Notes under the pieces: generated by a model
What the model was told of the DNA's origin: nothing
What the model saw: the letters and a program-made list of their open reading frames with translations, nothing else
Database searches by the model: none
Position numbers and translations under genes: made by a program
DNA from: Myxococcota bacterium
Lineage (GTDB): Bacteria; Myxococcota_A; UBA9160; UBA4427
Direction of reading: 5' to 3'
Length of the DNA: 64,000 nt
NCBI GenBank assembly: GCA_041690055.1
Contig: JBDNFB010000015.1
Location: 645-64,644 of the forward strand
In this document: positions 47,023 to 56,224 of the stretch, piece after piece
How the letters are laid out: the number at the start of each line of letters is the position of its first letter
Position numbering within the stretch: the stretch's first letter is position 1

Positions 47023-47910
47023 TCAAGGCTCTCCGCTGGTGCGATGCCCTTCGCGGCGGGTCCAGATTTCGGCGACCCGGTCCTGAAAGTAGCCACTGCG
47101 GAGTGAGGCGTAAAAGTCGACGCTGCTGTCCTCAAGCGCTTTGAGTTCGAGGTAGTGGCGATCGCGGGTGCTGATGCCGGAGCTTCCGCTGTAAATCAAA
47201 ATCTCGGCGGGGCCAAAGAGCAAGTCGGCAGGACCGAGGATGTAGTAGGTCGGCTGGAAAAATCCGTCGATGACCGCACCGACGCCGTCGCGAATATTCG
47301 CCGGACCTAATACAGGCAGCACGATATAGGGACCGCTCGGCGTTCCGGCCAACGCGAGCGTTTGCCCGAAATCAGATTCGTGCCCCTCCAGCCCGATCTC
47401 CTCGGCGACGTCGAAGAGACCCACCAAGCCCACAGTCGAGTTGATCAGCAGGCGCGCCGAGGTCACGCTCGCGTCTTTCCATTCAAGCTGCAGGAAATCG
47501 TTCACGAGCGTCTTCGTGGAACCCAAATTTTGGAATACGTTTGCAACGCCGTCGCGAGCGACCTTGGGTACGGCCCATCGATAGGCCTTCGTGACCGGAT
47601 CCAAGATGAAGCGGTCGACTTGCCGGTTGAACGCGAAGGTGCCCCGATTCGTGTTCTCTAGCGGGTCCGGATAGCCCATCGGCGCGTCTTCGTACGCTTC
47701 GTCGAAAATATCGTCGAAGAGCGGGTCCGCCTCATCGGCACCGGGTGCCTGGGCCACCGCGACCGAAGCCGACGCAAAGACGAGCGCCGTCAGAGCGCAC
47801 AGCCAAATTCGCCTGCGCCGGTGCTCAGCCACGCCGCAAGAGCGCTTTTCCTGTCTCGCCGTTCTCATCGCCATTCCGCCAAGATGCCGTGTTTTGTGCC
47901 CAAGCCCCAC
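47023..47910 (-). CDS. mlaA: MlaA/VacJ family lipoprotein
   Basis: DPLENTNRGTFAFNRQVDRFILDPVTKAYRWAVPK..VANVFQNL is the VacJ signature. Start uncertain. Confidence 0.85.
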   Translation of the reverse strand: MGLGHKTRHLGGMAMRTARQEKRSCGVAEHRRRRIWLCALTALVFASASVAVAQAPGADEADPLFDDIFDEAYEDAPMGYPDPLENTNRGTFAFNRQVDRFILDPVTKAYRWAVPKVARDGVANVFQNLGSTKTLVNDFLQLEWKDASVTSARLLINSTVGLVGLFDVAEEIGLEGHESDFGQTLALAGTPSGPYIVLPVLGPANIRDGVGAVIDGFFQPTYYILGPADLLFGPAEILIYSGSSGISTRDRHYLELKALEDSSVDFYASLRSGYFQDRVAEIWTRREGHRTSGEP

Positions 47911-48235
47911 GGGTTATTCACTGCGCGCTTGAGCTCCCGATCGCCGCGGCGATCGATCCATTCGAGTCTACCCAAGACAGGCCCCTCCAAGCGAAGCAGG
48001 CCCGGAGTCGCTGGCCCTTGCCCTTTAAGTGTTGCCAAAAGGACCCGACCCGAGGGCCCTCCGACGACATGCGTAGAATCCATGAGTTATCCTCCTTCCC
48101 GGTCAGCCGATGCGGTGACCACCCCCCTGAGTTCTGAGCGAGCCCAAACCCATCACCCCAAAGTCCGGCCGCCTCAATCGGGCGGGTGCCGTTGCGGATC
48201 AAACCGCGCGACCAGAGGACCGGGAGGATCGACCT

Positions 48236-49417
48236 GTGGACATTTTCCAGAAGTGCAGAGATTTCACGCGAGTTACCGAAGCTCGCGAGGCGGGGAACTA
48301 CCTCATGTACCGCGAGATCGAGTCTCCCCAAGACCCGGTCGTCACGATGGACGGCCAAAAGGTCGTCATGCTCGGCTCGAACAACTATCTCGGGCTCACG
48401 AGCCATCCCAAGGTCAAAGAAGCCGCCATCAAGGCGACTGAAAAATACGGCACGGGCAGCGCCGGCTCCCGGCTGCTGAACGGCACCCTGGATATCCATG
48501 TCCGGCTTGAGGAACGCCTCGCCTCGTTCATGAAGCGAGAATCCGCGGTTGTCTTCTCGACGGGTTATGGCGCCAACGTGGGTGCCCTGTCCTGCCTTTT
48601 GAGCCGGCACGATGTCGCCCTGCTGGACGCGATGGATCACGCCTCGATTCTGGATGGCGTTCGCCTCGGTTTCGGCAAATCTCTGAAATTTCGGCATAAC
48701 GACGCCGCTGATCTCGGCAAGAAGCTCTCCCGCGTCGACCCCAACAAGGGCAAGATGATCATCGTCGACGGCGTCTTCTCTATGGAGGGCGACGTCACGC
48801 CGCTGCCCGAAATCGTCGAGCAGAAGAACAAGTACGGCGCGCGGCTCTTCGTGGACGAGGCCCATAGCCTGGGCGTCTTCGGCGAGAACGGCCGCGGCGT
48901 ATGCGAGCATTTCGGTCTCGAAGACGAAGTTGATCTCGTGATGGGCACCTTCTCGAAATCCCTCGCCACCGTCGGCGGCTTCATCGCGGGCGAGTCGGTG
49001 ATCATCGACTACATCAAGCACAGCGCCCGCGCCCAAATCTTTACCGCTGCCCTCCCGCCGTCGGCCGCTGCTGCAGTGTATGCCGCCCTCGATATTCTTG
49101 AGGCGGAACCGGAGCGTCGCGAAAAGCTTTGGGAAAACACCAACTACATGCTGCGCGAGATCGAAGGGCTCGGGTTCGAGACCTGTGGTTCGAGCTCCCC
49201 CGTCATCTCCGTGCTGGTGGGTGAGGACGCTCAAGTCTGGCAGATGGCCAAGCGGCTCCAGGAAGAGGGCGTTTTCGTAAACCCCGTCATGACACCTGCC
49301 GTTCCGGCCGGACACGGCATGATCCGCACGTCCTATATGGCGACGCATTCGCGGGATCAGCTCGACCTCTCACTCGGCGCGCTCGCCAAGGTCGGACGAG
49401 AACTCTCCATTATCTAG
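48236..49417 (+). CDS. alpha-oxoamine synthase, serine palmitoyltransferase-like (PLP-dependent)
   Basis: GGGAGGA Shine-Dalgarno before GTG 48236. Motifs VVFSTGYGANVG, DEAHSLG and the GTFSKS PLP-Lys. By eye it is closer to Sphingomonas SPT than to BioF/Kbl (from memory). Confidence 0.8.
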   Translation: MDIFQKCRDFTRVTEAREAGNYLMYREIESPQDPVVTMDGQKVVMLGSNNYLGLTSHPKVKEAAIKATEKYGTGSAGSRLLNGTLDIHVRLEERLASFMKRESAVVFSTGYGANVGALSCLLSRHDVALLDAMDHASILDGVRLGFGKSLKFRHNDAADLGKKLSRVDPNKGKMIIVDGVFSMEGDVTPLPEIVEQKNKYGARLFVDEAHSLGVFGENGRGVCEHFGLEDEVDLVMGTFSKSLATVGGFIAGESVIIDYIKHSARAQIFTAALPPSAAAAVYAALDILEAEPERREKLWENTNYMLREIEGLGFETCGSSSPVISVLVGEDAQVWQMAKRLQEEGVFVNPVMTPAVPAGHGMIRTSYMATHSRDQLDLSLGALAKVGRELSII

Positions 49418-49485
49418 ATCGAGCGCGACTGGGCTTGATGCAGCCATGCCGGCATCGGCACCGAGCAGGCGACTGGGCGAAGGAC

Positions 49486-50433
49486 CTAACGCGCGCCGGA
49501 AGAGCCCGCGCCCGGTCGCGGCGCCGGAAGTTCGTCTAGATTCGCTCGCCCGACCCACTCGTTCGCGAACTGGCGGGCGATCCGCCCCGAACGCCCACCG
49601 CGTTCGAGCGAATAACGGAGCGCCGAATCTCGAGCGGCATCTGTGAGCCCACCCGAGAGCCCGCCCTCCTCTAGCCAATGCTCGACGATCTCAAGATAGG
49701 TGGACTGGTCGCAGGCATAGAAGCCGAGTACAAGCCCGAAACGATCCGAAAGCGCGAGCTTCTCTTCGAGTGCCTCGCCCAGATGAAGTTGCCCGTGCTT
49801 ATCGACCCGCGCTTCCCGGTTCTCCTCCATCGTCTCGGGCAGCAGATGCCGACGATTACTCGTCGCCACGACGCAGATCCGCATCGGCCGCGCCTCAATG
49901 CCGCCTTCTAGCGCCGCCTTGAGTTCCCGAAAGCCGAGCTCCTCTGCGCCAAAAGAGAGGTCATCGCAAAAGACGAGAAACGAAAAGCGCTCGGGCGCGT
50001 CGGCCGTGCCCTGCCTGAGTACACTGAGCAGTTCGGGAAGCTCCGCGAGATCACTCCGGTCGACTTCCACGACACGCAGCCCTTGATCTGCATACCGCGA
50101 AAGGAGTCCGCGCACCGCAGAAGACTTCCCCGTACCCCGCTCGCCGTGAAGCAAGACATCGTTGTAGGGCAGGCCGGCGAGGAGCTGACGCGTATTTCGG
50201 TCGAGCGACTCGACCGCACCGTCGACCCCGATCAGATCCGCCAGATCAAACTTCGAAACCGAGTCCACCGCCTCGAGACGGCCCACGCCGCGCCCCGCCC
50301 GCCAGCGAAACGCATGCGTCTGCTCAAAGAGCTTTTCGTCCGGCACCTCTCCCACGAAGCGCCCAAGCAAGCGCTCGGCGCGGTCCAAGATCGGTTCGAG
50401 GCGGAGTGTCAGTTTATCAAGGGCAGATGACAT
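49486..50433 (-). CDS. DUF815-type AAA/P-loop ATPase
   Basis: Walker A GERGTGKSS and Walker B FLVFCDDLSF, with overall DUF815-like organisation. Confidence 0.7.
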   Translation of the reverse strand: MSSALDKLTLRLEPILDRAERLLGRFVGEVPDEKLFEQTHAFRWRAGRGVGRLEAVDSVSKFDLADLIGVDGAVESLDRNTRQLLAGLPYNDVLLHGERGTGKSSAVRGLLSRYADQGLRVVEVDRSDLAELPELLSVLRQGTADAPERFSFLVFCDDLSFGAEELGFRELKAALEGGIEARPMRICVVATSNRRHLLPETMEENREARVDKHGQLHLGEALEEKLALSDRFGLVLGFYACDQSTYLEIVEHWLEEGGLSGGLTDAARDSALRYSLERGGRSGRIARQFANEWVGRANLDELPAPRPGAGSSGAR

Positions 50434-50458
50434 GGCCGCTGAAGTGTAGACTCTTCGC

Positions 50459-50686
50459 GTGGAGAGTGACTCAGAGAATTCAGAAGCAGCGAAGACAGCG
50501 CTCAGACGGTCAGTTGGCCTCTGCGCCGATTGCCAGTTTCGCCGCGAGCAGAGATCACAGCGCGGCTCCGTCTTTTACCGCTGTGCCCGAGCGGACCAGG
50601 ACAAGGACTTCATGCGCTACCCGCCTCTACCAGTCCTGCGCTGTCGCGGCTTTCTTGCTGAAGCGACAGAGAGCGACGAAGGCTAG
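50459..50686 (+). CDS. small Cys-rich hypothetical protein
   Basis: CADCQ...GSVFYRC...YPPLPVLRCRGF pattern, which I recall in small conserved bacterial proteins. The start codon is unclear. Confidence 0.45.
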   Translation: MESDSENSEAAKTALRRSVGLCADCQFRREQRSQRGSVFYRCARADQDKDFMRYPPLPVLRCRGFLAEATESDEG

Positions 50687-50756
50687 GGCTGAGAACACCG
50701 AAAAAACGAACTGCTCGAACAGAGACGAGAGGACACCGGGCAGAGCGCGGCTCCTG

Positions 50757-51458
50757 CTATTCGCGTTCGTCCTGCGCCTCTGTTTCGGCACGCACATTTG
50801 CAATGCCGCGCACCTCTGCGTCGCTGCGCGCCTTTGCATTGCCGCGCACCTCCGCCCAATTATCTTTGCGAGGCGGAAGCGGCTTGTCGAGCGCTACAAA
50901 GAAGTCCTCCAGGAAACCGTACGTGAGACCCCACACAATGTGTCGCCCCGGCTCGCCCACAAGAATGCCGGGGAAGCGCACCTTCGGCATCTGGGGAACC
51001 TCGTAGTCGATCAATCGTTCGGCGCTATGCATCTCGGCGAGCGGAAACCAGAACGCGGACTGGACCTCGCTTTCCTCAAGAACGAATGGCTGCTCATCCT
51101 GAAGATGAAAAGCATGGGCGGAGATAATCAGTCTGGACTGAATCCGCGGATTGCCGACGCGGTCCGCGACGCGCCCGAGATATTCCGCCTCCGCGAGTGC
51201 CACACCGACCTCCTCCAACGTCTCTCGCGAGGCAGCGCTGCGCGTAGAAGAGTCACCCGGCTCAATTCGACCGCCCGGAAAAGCCATATGCCCCGACCAA
51301 GGGTCCCCGTCGCGCAAAGCGCGCTCGATGAGCAGTACTTCCGTCGTCCCGAGGCGTTCACGCAGCACGACCGCAACGGCCGCCTGAGAGACCCCGAGCT
51401 CTTTCTTTCGCTGGGGCTCATGCAGCCCCAGCTTCTCTTTAACGAAGTCGATCTCCAC
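50757..51458 (-). CDS. Nudix hydrolase (CoA pyrophosphatase-like)
   Basis: Nudix box GGRIEPGDSSTRSAASRETLEEVGV. The C-terminal tail is encoded by a direct repeat. Confidence 0.85.
   Translation of the reverse strand: MEIDFVKEKLGLHEPQRKKELGVSQAAVAVVLRERLGTTEVLLIERALRDGDPWSGHMAFPGGRIEPGDSSTRSAASRETLEEVGVALAEAEYLGRVADRVGNPRIQSRLIISAHAFHLQDEQPFVLEESEVQSAFWFPLAEMHSAERLIDYEVPQMPKVRFPGILVGEPGRHIVWGLTYGFLEDFFVALDKPLPPRKDNWAEVRGNAKARSDAEVRGIANVRAETEAQDERE
50797..50855. repeat. 23-nt direct repeat TTTGCA[AT]TGCCGCGCACCTC[TC]GC x2 at a 36-bp period
   Basis: Read directly from the sequence. It encodes AEVRGNAKARSDAEVRGIANVR at the Nudix C-terminus. Confidence 0.85.
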
Positions 51459-51529
51459 CGTGGCGAGCTTAGCCGTCTATAACCGGCCGCAAGAGCGCAG
51501 TTTTCCCATTCGGGCTAGGGTCGGCTTCA

Positions 51530-52729
51530 ATGGATCTCCCCCGCTCCTTTATCCCTGAAGCACGCCGCCTCCTCACCCTCGCGCGAACCGACCGCCGCGC
51601 CGCCGAGCGTGAACTCGCCGCCCTGTCTCCCGAGGAACAGGCAACTGTTGTCCTCGAATCATCGATGTCGGTCCGCCGTCAAACGATTGAACTTCTGTCG
51701 GATCCTGAGGCGGTCATTCCTCTGCTTCCGGAAGCGGAGTTCTGTTACACGTGCAGAGCGATTGGCCTTGAGGATGCGAGCTGGCTCTTGCCGCTTGCGA
51801 CTCCCGAACAAATCGTCGCGGGCTTTGACCTGGATACCTGGTCCGGGCTGACGATCGATCCGGTTCGACTCGACGTTTGGATGGCAGCGCTTGCGGAGAC
51901 GGAAGACGAGACGATCGTGGCGGCCGCTCAGGCGCTGGACCCGGAGATGCTCGTCATCTACCTGCGCAATCATGTGACGGTCGAGCTCAAGCCGAGCGAA
52001 CAAGACAACCCAGATTGGTCGCCGCCGGAAGCTTCACAAACGCTCGAAGGGCAGTTCTATTTCGTTGCGCGTGATTCCAACGATGACCTAGCGCCGATTC
52101 TTCACATGCTGCACGCGCTCTTCGCAGGGGACTACTGGCTTTATTTTCGGGCCATCCAAGCGGTGACCGAAGAGATTCAAACTGAGAACGAGGAATGGGC
52201 GCTGCGCTGGCGCACGGCGCGACTTGAGGACCTAGGTTTTCCGCCTTGGGATGTGGCGATGCGGATCTACGGATTTCTGCGACCCGATCGCCTCGCAGAT
52301 TTGCCACCGGAGGCAAACGCTCTGGATCTCGAGAGCTGGTCTGTGCCTGTCTGGATCACGGATATGCCCGGCTCGCATTCCGACGAGCGCGCGCTTTTTC
52401 GGGCTACGCGAGAGCTCGGCGCGGAAGAGCGGAGTGCCGTGTTTTACGCGCTGATCGCGCTGGCGAATCGCGTTGCCGTTGCGGACCGCATAGAGCTGGG
52501 CGACTCAGAATCGCTACCGAAAGCGATCGATAAATCGACCCGCTACGCGAGCGATGGTCTTGAACACGTCGCTGCCGAGAAGGGGATGAGTCTTGCGGAT
52601 ACGCTTCGTCGCGTGCCGATCGAACGGCTCTTTCGTGTCGGCGTCAATCTAGACCGCGAAAACGCGCTGCCTCGGCCGCTTGAAGATCCTCTCGAGGACG
52701 AAGAAGCGGACCCGTACGAAGACGCCTAA
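51530..52729 (+). CDS. conserved hypothetical acidic protein (possibly DUF6178-like)
   Basis: 399-aa ORF with good G/C third-position bias and no competing frame. The family name is from memory only. Confidence 0.6.
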   Translation: MDLPRSFIPEARRLLTLARTDRRAAERELAALSPEEQATVVLESSMSVRRQTIELLSDPEAVIPLLPEAEFCYTCRAIGLEDASWLLPLATPEQIVAGFDLDTWSGLTIDPVRLDVWMAALAETEDETIVAAAQALDPEMLVIYLRNHVTVELKPSEQDNPDWSPPEASQTLEGQFYFVARDSNDDLAPILHMLHALFAGDYWLYFRAIQAVTEEIQTENEEWALRWRTARLEDLGFPPWDVAMRIYGFLRPDRLADLPPEANALDLESWSVPVWITDMPGSHSDERALFRATRELGAEERSAVFYALIALANRVAVADRIELGDSESLPKAIDKSTRYASDGLEHVAAEKGMSLADTLRRVPIERLFRVGVNLDRENALPRPLEDPLEDEEADPYEDA

Positions 52730-52806
52730 CGCCCGGTGTTCCCACGAGCAGCCTGAGTCAATCGCAAGACAGTCTGAACCAGCCACAAGACAGTCTGAAC
52801 TAAGAA

Positions 52807-52834
52807 GGCCCGCCAGATCGAAATCTGGCGGGCC
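52807..52834. terminator. bidirectional intrinsic terminator between convergent genes
   Basis: Perfect 12-bp stem GGCCCGCCAGAT/ATCTGGCGGGCC with loop CGAA. The minus-strand trailer is TTCTTAGTT. Confidence 0.75.
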
Positions 52835-52870
52835 TCTCTGACTCGCATACTGGAGTCGGAAAACCTCTGA

Positions 52871-53089
52871 TTAGAGGTCAACCGCCTTCAGCGTCTTGCG
52901 CTTGTTGCCGATGGCACGTACTTCCGCGCCCTTGATCAGCTCGCGAACGACCAGATCGAGTGCACCGTAGAACTCACCTCCAACGTTGCACTTCTTGACG
53001 GCGTTCTTCACGCGTGCCTTCGAAATGATCAGCTCTGCCGGCTTGCCAGCACGCTTCTTTGCTGCCTTCTTCTTCTTCTTTGCTGCCAT
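52871..53089 (-). CDS. histone-fold (DUF1931 / Bdellovibrio Bd0055-like) small DNA-binding protein with a lysine-rich N-terminal tail
   Basis: 72 aa: MAAKKKKKAAKKRAGKP followed by ELIISKARVKNAVKK..GALDLVVRELIKGAEVRAIGNKRKTLKAVDL. GAGGGAG Shine-Dalgarno. Codon choice is AAG/GGT/CGT-biased. Confidence 0.65.
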   Translation of the reverse strand: MAAKKKKKAAKKRAGKPAELIISKARVKNAVKKCNVGGEFYGALDLVVRELIKGAEVRAIGNKRKTLKAVDL

Positions 53090-53209
53090 GGTATTGGCTC
53101 CCTCTCATCATGCCTTGCATCTCGCTCGTGATTCACAATCGAATCCCGGTCCGATCAGCATGGCCCCCCATAAAAATCGAATCAGCAGGAAACCCTGCTA
53201 AACGGCGCG

Positions 53210-53237
53210 ATCATAAACGTTTCGTGCACCTTGTCAA
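53210..53237 (-). promoter_or_regulatory. near-consensus sigma-70 promoter upstream of the histone-like gene
   Basis: The minus strand reads TTGACA-16 nt-TATGAT. It lies about 120-150 nt upstream of the ATG, in a locally AT-richer 530-bp intergenic region. Confidence 0.5.
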
Positions 53238-53622
53238 ACAAAAATGCGAACTCAATTCGGTCTCTCCATGCCGAAATCGAAGGCTTCAGGAGATCGAAAC
53301 GAAGCTCGACCTTCCAACGGACGCAGGATTCGACCCTCTCACGCGATGAAGAGTTCTGATTCGACACGCTCGAAACCGCGGAGTGTGCCGCCGCAGAATC
53401 GGGCGGAATGGGATGCTCTCAAAATCCCGAGTCAAGTCTCGTTTTATTCATGCATCCATTTGGATCTACAGGGAAATTTCGTATTCTTCGCCAAGCTGAA
53501 GGCCACGAAATCAGCCTTTAGAAGGCGCCTCCGTACCGTTCCTGCGACCCCCAATCCCGCGCGCGGCGAAAGCCCTTGAAGTCGAATCGCGCTTCCTCCT
53601 CTGGGCCTTAAGGGCAACGTCC

Positions 53623-54492
53623 ATGGACCTCGATCCACAAACACTTCGATTCGAATCCGTTGACGGTGTTCAGTTGCAAGTTTTTCGCTTTCGCGAGCGA
53701 ATTCTGCCCGAAGACGAGGCCAAAATACCGATCGTGTTGCTGCATGGCGGGGGCGCGAACGCGCATTGGTGGGATCATATCGCCCGGCCTCTCGCAGCCA
53801 AATTCCAACGCGAGGCGACAATCTACGCGCTCGACTTTCGGGGTCACGGAGACTCAGAATTTCCGAACCGGCATGAAGTCGGTGCGTTTGGGATCGATCT
53901 CGAGTCCCTCCTGAGCTGGCTTAGCCGAGAGGATGTGATCCTGATCGGCCATTCGATGGGCGCTGCGGTCGCACTTGACCATGCAAGCCGATTCCCCGCA
54001 ACCCGAGGGCTCGTCCTGGTCGACCTCGCTCGCGGACGCTCCAAGGGATCGCGAAGACGAGCGCGGCTGGCCCTCGCTTTCCGGCGCACGTACCCGTCGC
54101 GCGCGGACGCAATCGCTCGCTACCAGTTCCTGCCCGAGTCGAGCCGCGCCGCCGAATCCCTGCGCCAGGCCATAGCCGAGCACTCCGTAAAGGAAGAACC
54201 CGATGGTCGATTCGGCTACAAGTTCGACCCCGCCTGGTTTGGCCTCCCGAGCAGCGAGCCGCCTAACCTGTCCCAGGTCTTCTGCCCAACGCTTCTGATC
54301 CGTGGCGAGGAGTCCAATTTGATCAGCGACGCCTCTGCCGCCGAGTTCATTTCGCAGATCCAAAACGGCCGAACCCTCTCCCTGCCCGAAGCAGGCCACC
54401 ACGTCATGCTCGACCAGCCCGAAGCGTTTCTCGAAGAAGTGGGTGCCGTGCTGCCTCCCCTCCTTTCCCTGACCACCGAGAACTCCGCGTAA
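53623..54492 (+). CDS. alpha/beta hydrolase fold protein
   Basis: LLHGGGANAHWW, nucleophile elbow GHSMGA, and C-terminal EAGHHVMLDQPE. Confidence 0.85.
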   Translation: MDLDPQTLRFESVDGVQLQVFRFRERILPEDEAKIPIVLLHGGGANAHWWDHIARPLAAKFQREATIYALDFRGHGDSEFPNRHEVGAFGIDLESLLSWLSREDVILIGHSMGAAVALDHASRFPATRGLVLVDLARGRSKGSRRRARLALAFRRTYPSRADAIARYQFLPESSRAAESLRQAIAEHSVKEEPDGRFGYKFDPAWFGLPSSEPPNLSQVFCPTLLIRGEESNLISDASAAEFISQIQNGRTLSLPEAGHHVMLDQPEAFLEEVGAVLPPLLSLTTENSA

Positions 54493-54555
54493 CGCCGGAA
54501 GTGCATCTCGGGCCTTCCCTGCATTTCGTACTCACCGCCTCAAGCGAGCCCCCGA

Positions 54556-54969
54556 TTGGACGATGCCTTTGAGACGCTGCCCTCCAACGGGTGGACGAAC
54601 GAAAGAGGTTTCGTGGACATCGCAAGCACCCAAAGGCTCGCCGCCTACACCCGAGATCTCGGCATCGAGCGAGCAAAGACGGCGGGCGTTTCAAAGGCTG
54701 ATCTGGCGACGGCTTCCGGCCGCGCCCAATCCAGCAGGAGCGCCGCAGACGCTTCCGGTGTTCAGGTCTCACTTTCAGCGAGCGCTCAGGCTCTCTCGGA
54801 AGGCACGAACGAAGGCATCAAGCGCGGCGGCAATGATTCGACCGCCGCCGCACCCAAGCCATCCCAGCCCACCAACCGCGGCCCTCAGTCCAACCGAAGC
54901 TTTGCCGTCGAGGCCTACCAAAAAAACGCGTCAACGATTCCCGGTAGCCGCATCCAAGTAATTGCCTAA
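54556..54969 (+). CDS. hypothetical Ala/Ser-rich protein
   Basis: TTG start. Best G/C third-position bias of the three overlapping frames. No recognisable domain. Confidence 0.35.
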   Translation: MDDAFETLPSNGWTNERGFVDIASTQRLAAYTRDLGIERAKTAGVSKADLATASGRAQSSRSAADASGVQVSLSASAQALSEGTNEGIKRGGNDSTAAAPKPSQPTNRGPQSNRSFAVEAYQKNASTIPGSRIQVIA

Positions 54970-55117
54970 CACAGATCGCAGATTTACCTGAACGCGGCAC
55001 TAGGCAAAAACCGTATTCTGCGCGGGCGGACTGCGCGGGACTCAAACGGACTCCTCATATCATCCAGTTCGCCCGATAGCGGATTAGTTCTAAGCACACG
55101 CGCAGAGACCCTATTCG

Positions 55118-56110
55118 ATGATCGACCAACACATCTCCAAATTCATGTGCCACGACGTGCTATCCGGAACATCGGACACGCCTCTTCGCGAAGTCGTGAA
55201 ACGGATGAAGGAGACTCGACAGAGTGCATTCGTGGTGTGCCATCACGACGAACCCGTCGGCGTGATCACCGAAAGCGACGCAGTCAACGTCCTCTCTGAT
55301 GCCCTCGCTGGCGAATCTTTTCAAGAGACCCTTGCCGCCGACGTCATGACCCATCCGGTCCACACCCTCTGCGAAACCGCGTTCATGGGCGATGTCATCT
55401 CCGTCATGAAATCGCACACCTTTCGCCGCGTTCCGATTACCAACGAAGACGGCCAGCTCACGGGCATCATGAACCTTGAAGATCTCCAAGCCGCAATGAA
55501 CACCACACTAGAGCGGCGCGGACGCGAACTGGAAGTGGCCGTGATGGCGCGCACGGCGGAACTAAACGAAGCGAAGAAGAAATTCGAAGCCCTTTCGCTC
55601 TGCGATAGCCTCACTGGCCTTTCGAATAGGCGCGCAATGGAGAACAAGTTCGAAGAGCTTCATTCACTCGCGCAAAGGCACGGCACACCCTATGCGGTGA
55701 TTCTCTGCGATATCGACCATTTCAAGATCTTCAACGACATGCTCGGACACGTCGCCGGCGATGAGGCCATTCGCATCGTGGCCGACACGCTGCAGCAAGC
55801 GGTTCGCATCTCCGACACGCCCTACCGATACGGCGGCGAGGAATTCTTGATCCTGCTTTCGCACAGCGAAGCCGAGAGTGCGGAGCTCGTCGCCGAGCGC
55901 ATTCGTAAGAGGCTCGCAGCACATCAAATTTTGCATCCGGGGTCGGACGTTTCTCCCTACGTCACGCTCTCCCTCGGATACGCTGAAGTTCCGACATCCG
56001 CAGAAGCATTGACGACCACGTGGGAGGCCGTCGTCGAGAGAGCAGACCGTGCGCTCTATCACGCAAAGGAATCGGGCCGAGACCGCGCGGTGAGCTTCAA
56101 AGGCATTTAG
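55118..56110 (+). CDS. CBS-pair + GGDEF diguanylate cyclase
   Basis: Two CBS motifs. An active-looking GGEEF with an RxxD I-site (RISD) 5 residues upstream. Confidence 0.9.
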   Translation: MIDQHISKFMCHDVLSGTSDTPLREVVKRMKETRQSAFVVCHHDEPVGVITESDAVNVLSDALAGESFQETLAADVMTHPVHTLCETAFMGDVISVMKSHTFRRVPITNEDGQLTGIMNLEDLQAAMNTTLERRGRELEVAVMARTAELNEAKKKFEALSLCDSLTGLSNRRAMENKFEELHSLAQRHGTPYAVILCDIDHFKIFNDMLGHVAGDEAIRIVADTLQQAVRISDTPYRYGGEEFLILLSHSEAESAELVAERIRKRLAAHQILHPGSDVSPYVTLSLGYAEVPTSAEALTTTWEAVVERADRALYHAKESGRDRAVSFKGI

Positions 56111-56224
56111 AATCGAAACCAACCGGCGTTTACCCTAGACCTTCAATCAATCCTCCCTCGGTCCGTTGCCAATGCACTGAATGCCCCGCATTCTCTCGCT
56201 GGTTTCAGAGGAGCTCTTTAGGCA

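Noticed and set aside
47918-49348. 476-aa minus-strand ORF opposite the alpha-oxoamine synthase gene.
   Set aside because: The plus strand carries a complete PLP-enzyme motif set with a good Shine-Dalgarno sequence. The minus-strand product is low-information (many R, G, D, H), so it is an antisense shadow.
53321-53345. GGATTCGAC string reminiscent of a tmRNA 5' region, in the AT-richer spacer upstream of the histone-like gene.
   Set aside because: There is no GGGG 5' end, no tag-peptide reading frame and no tRNA-like 3' end (TCCACCA) nearby.
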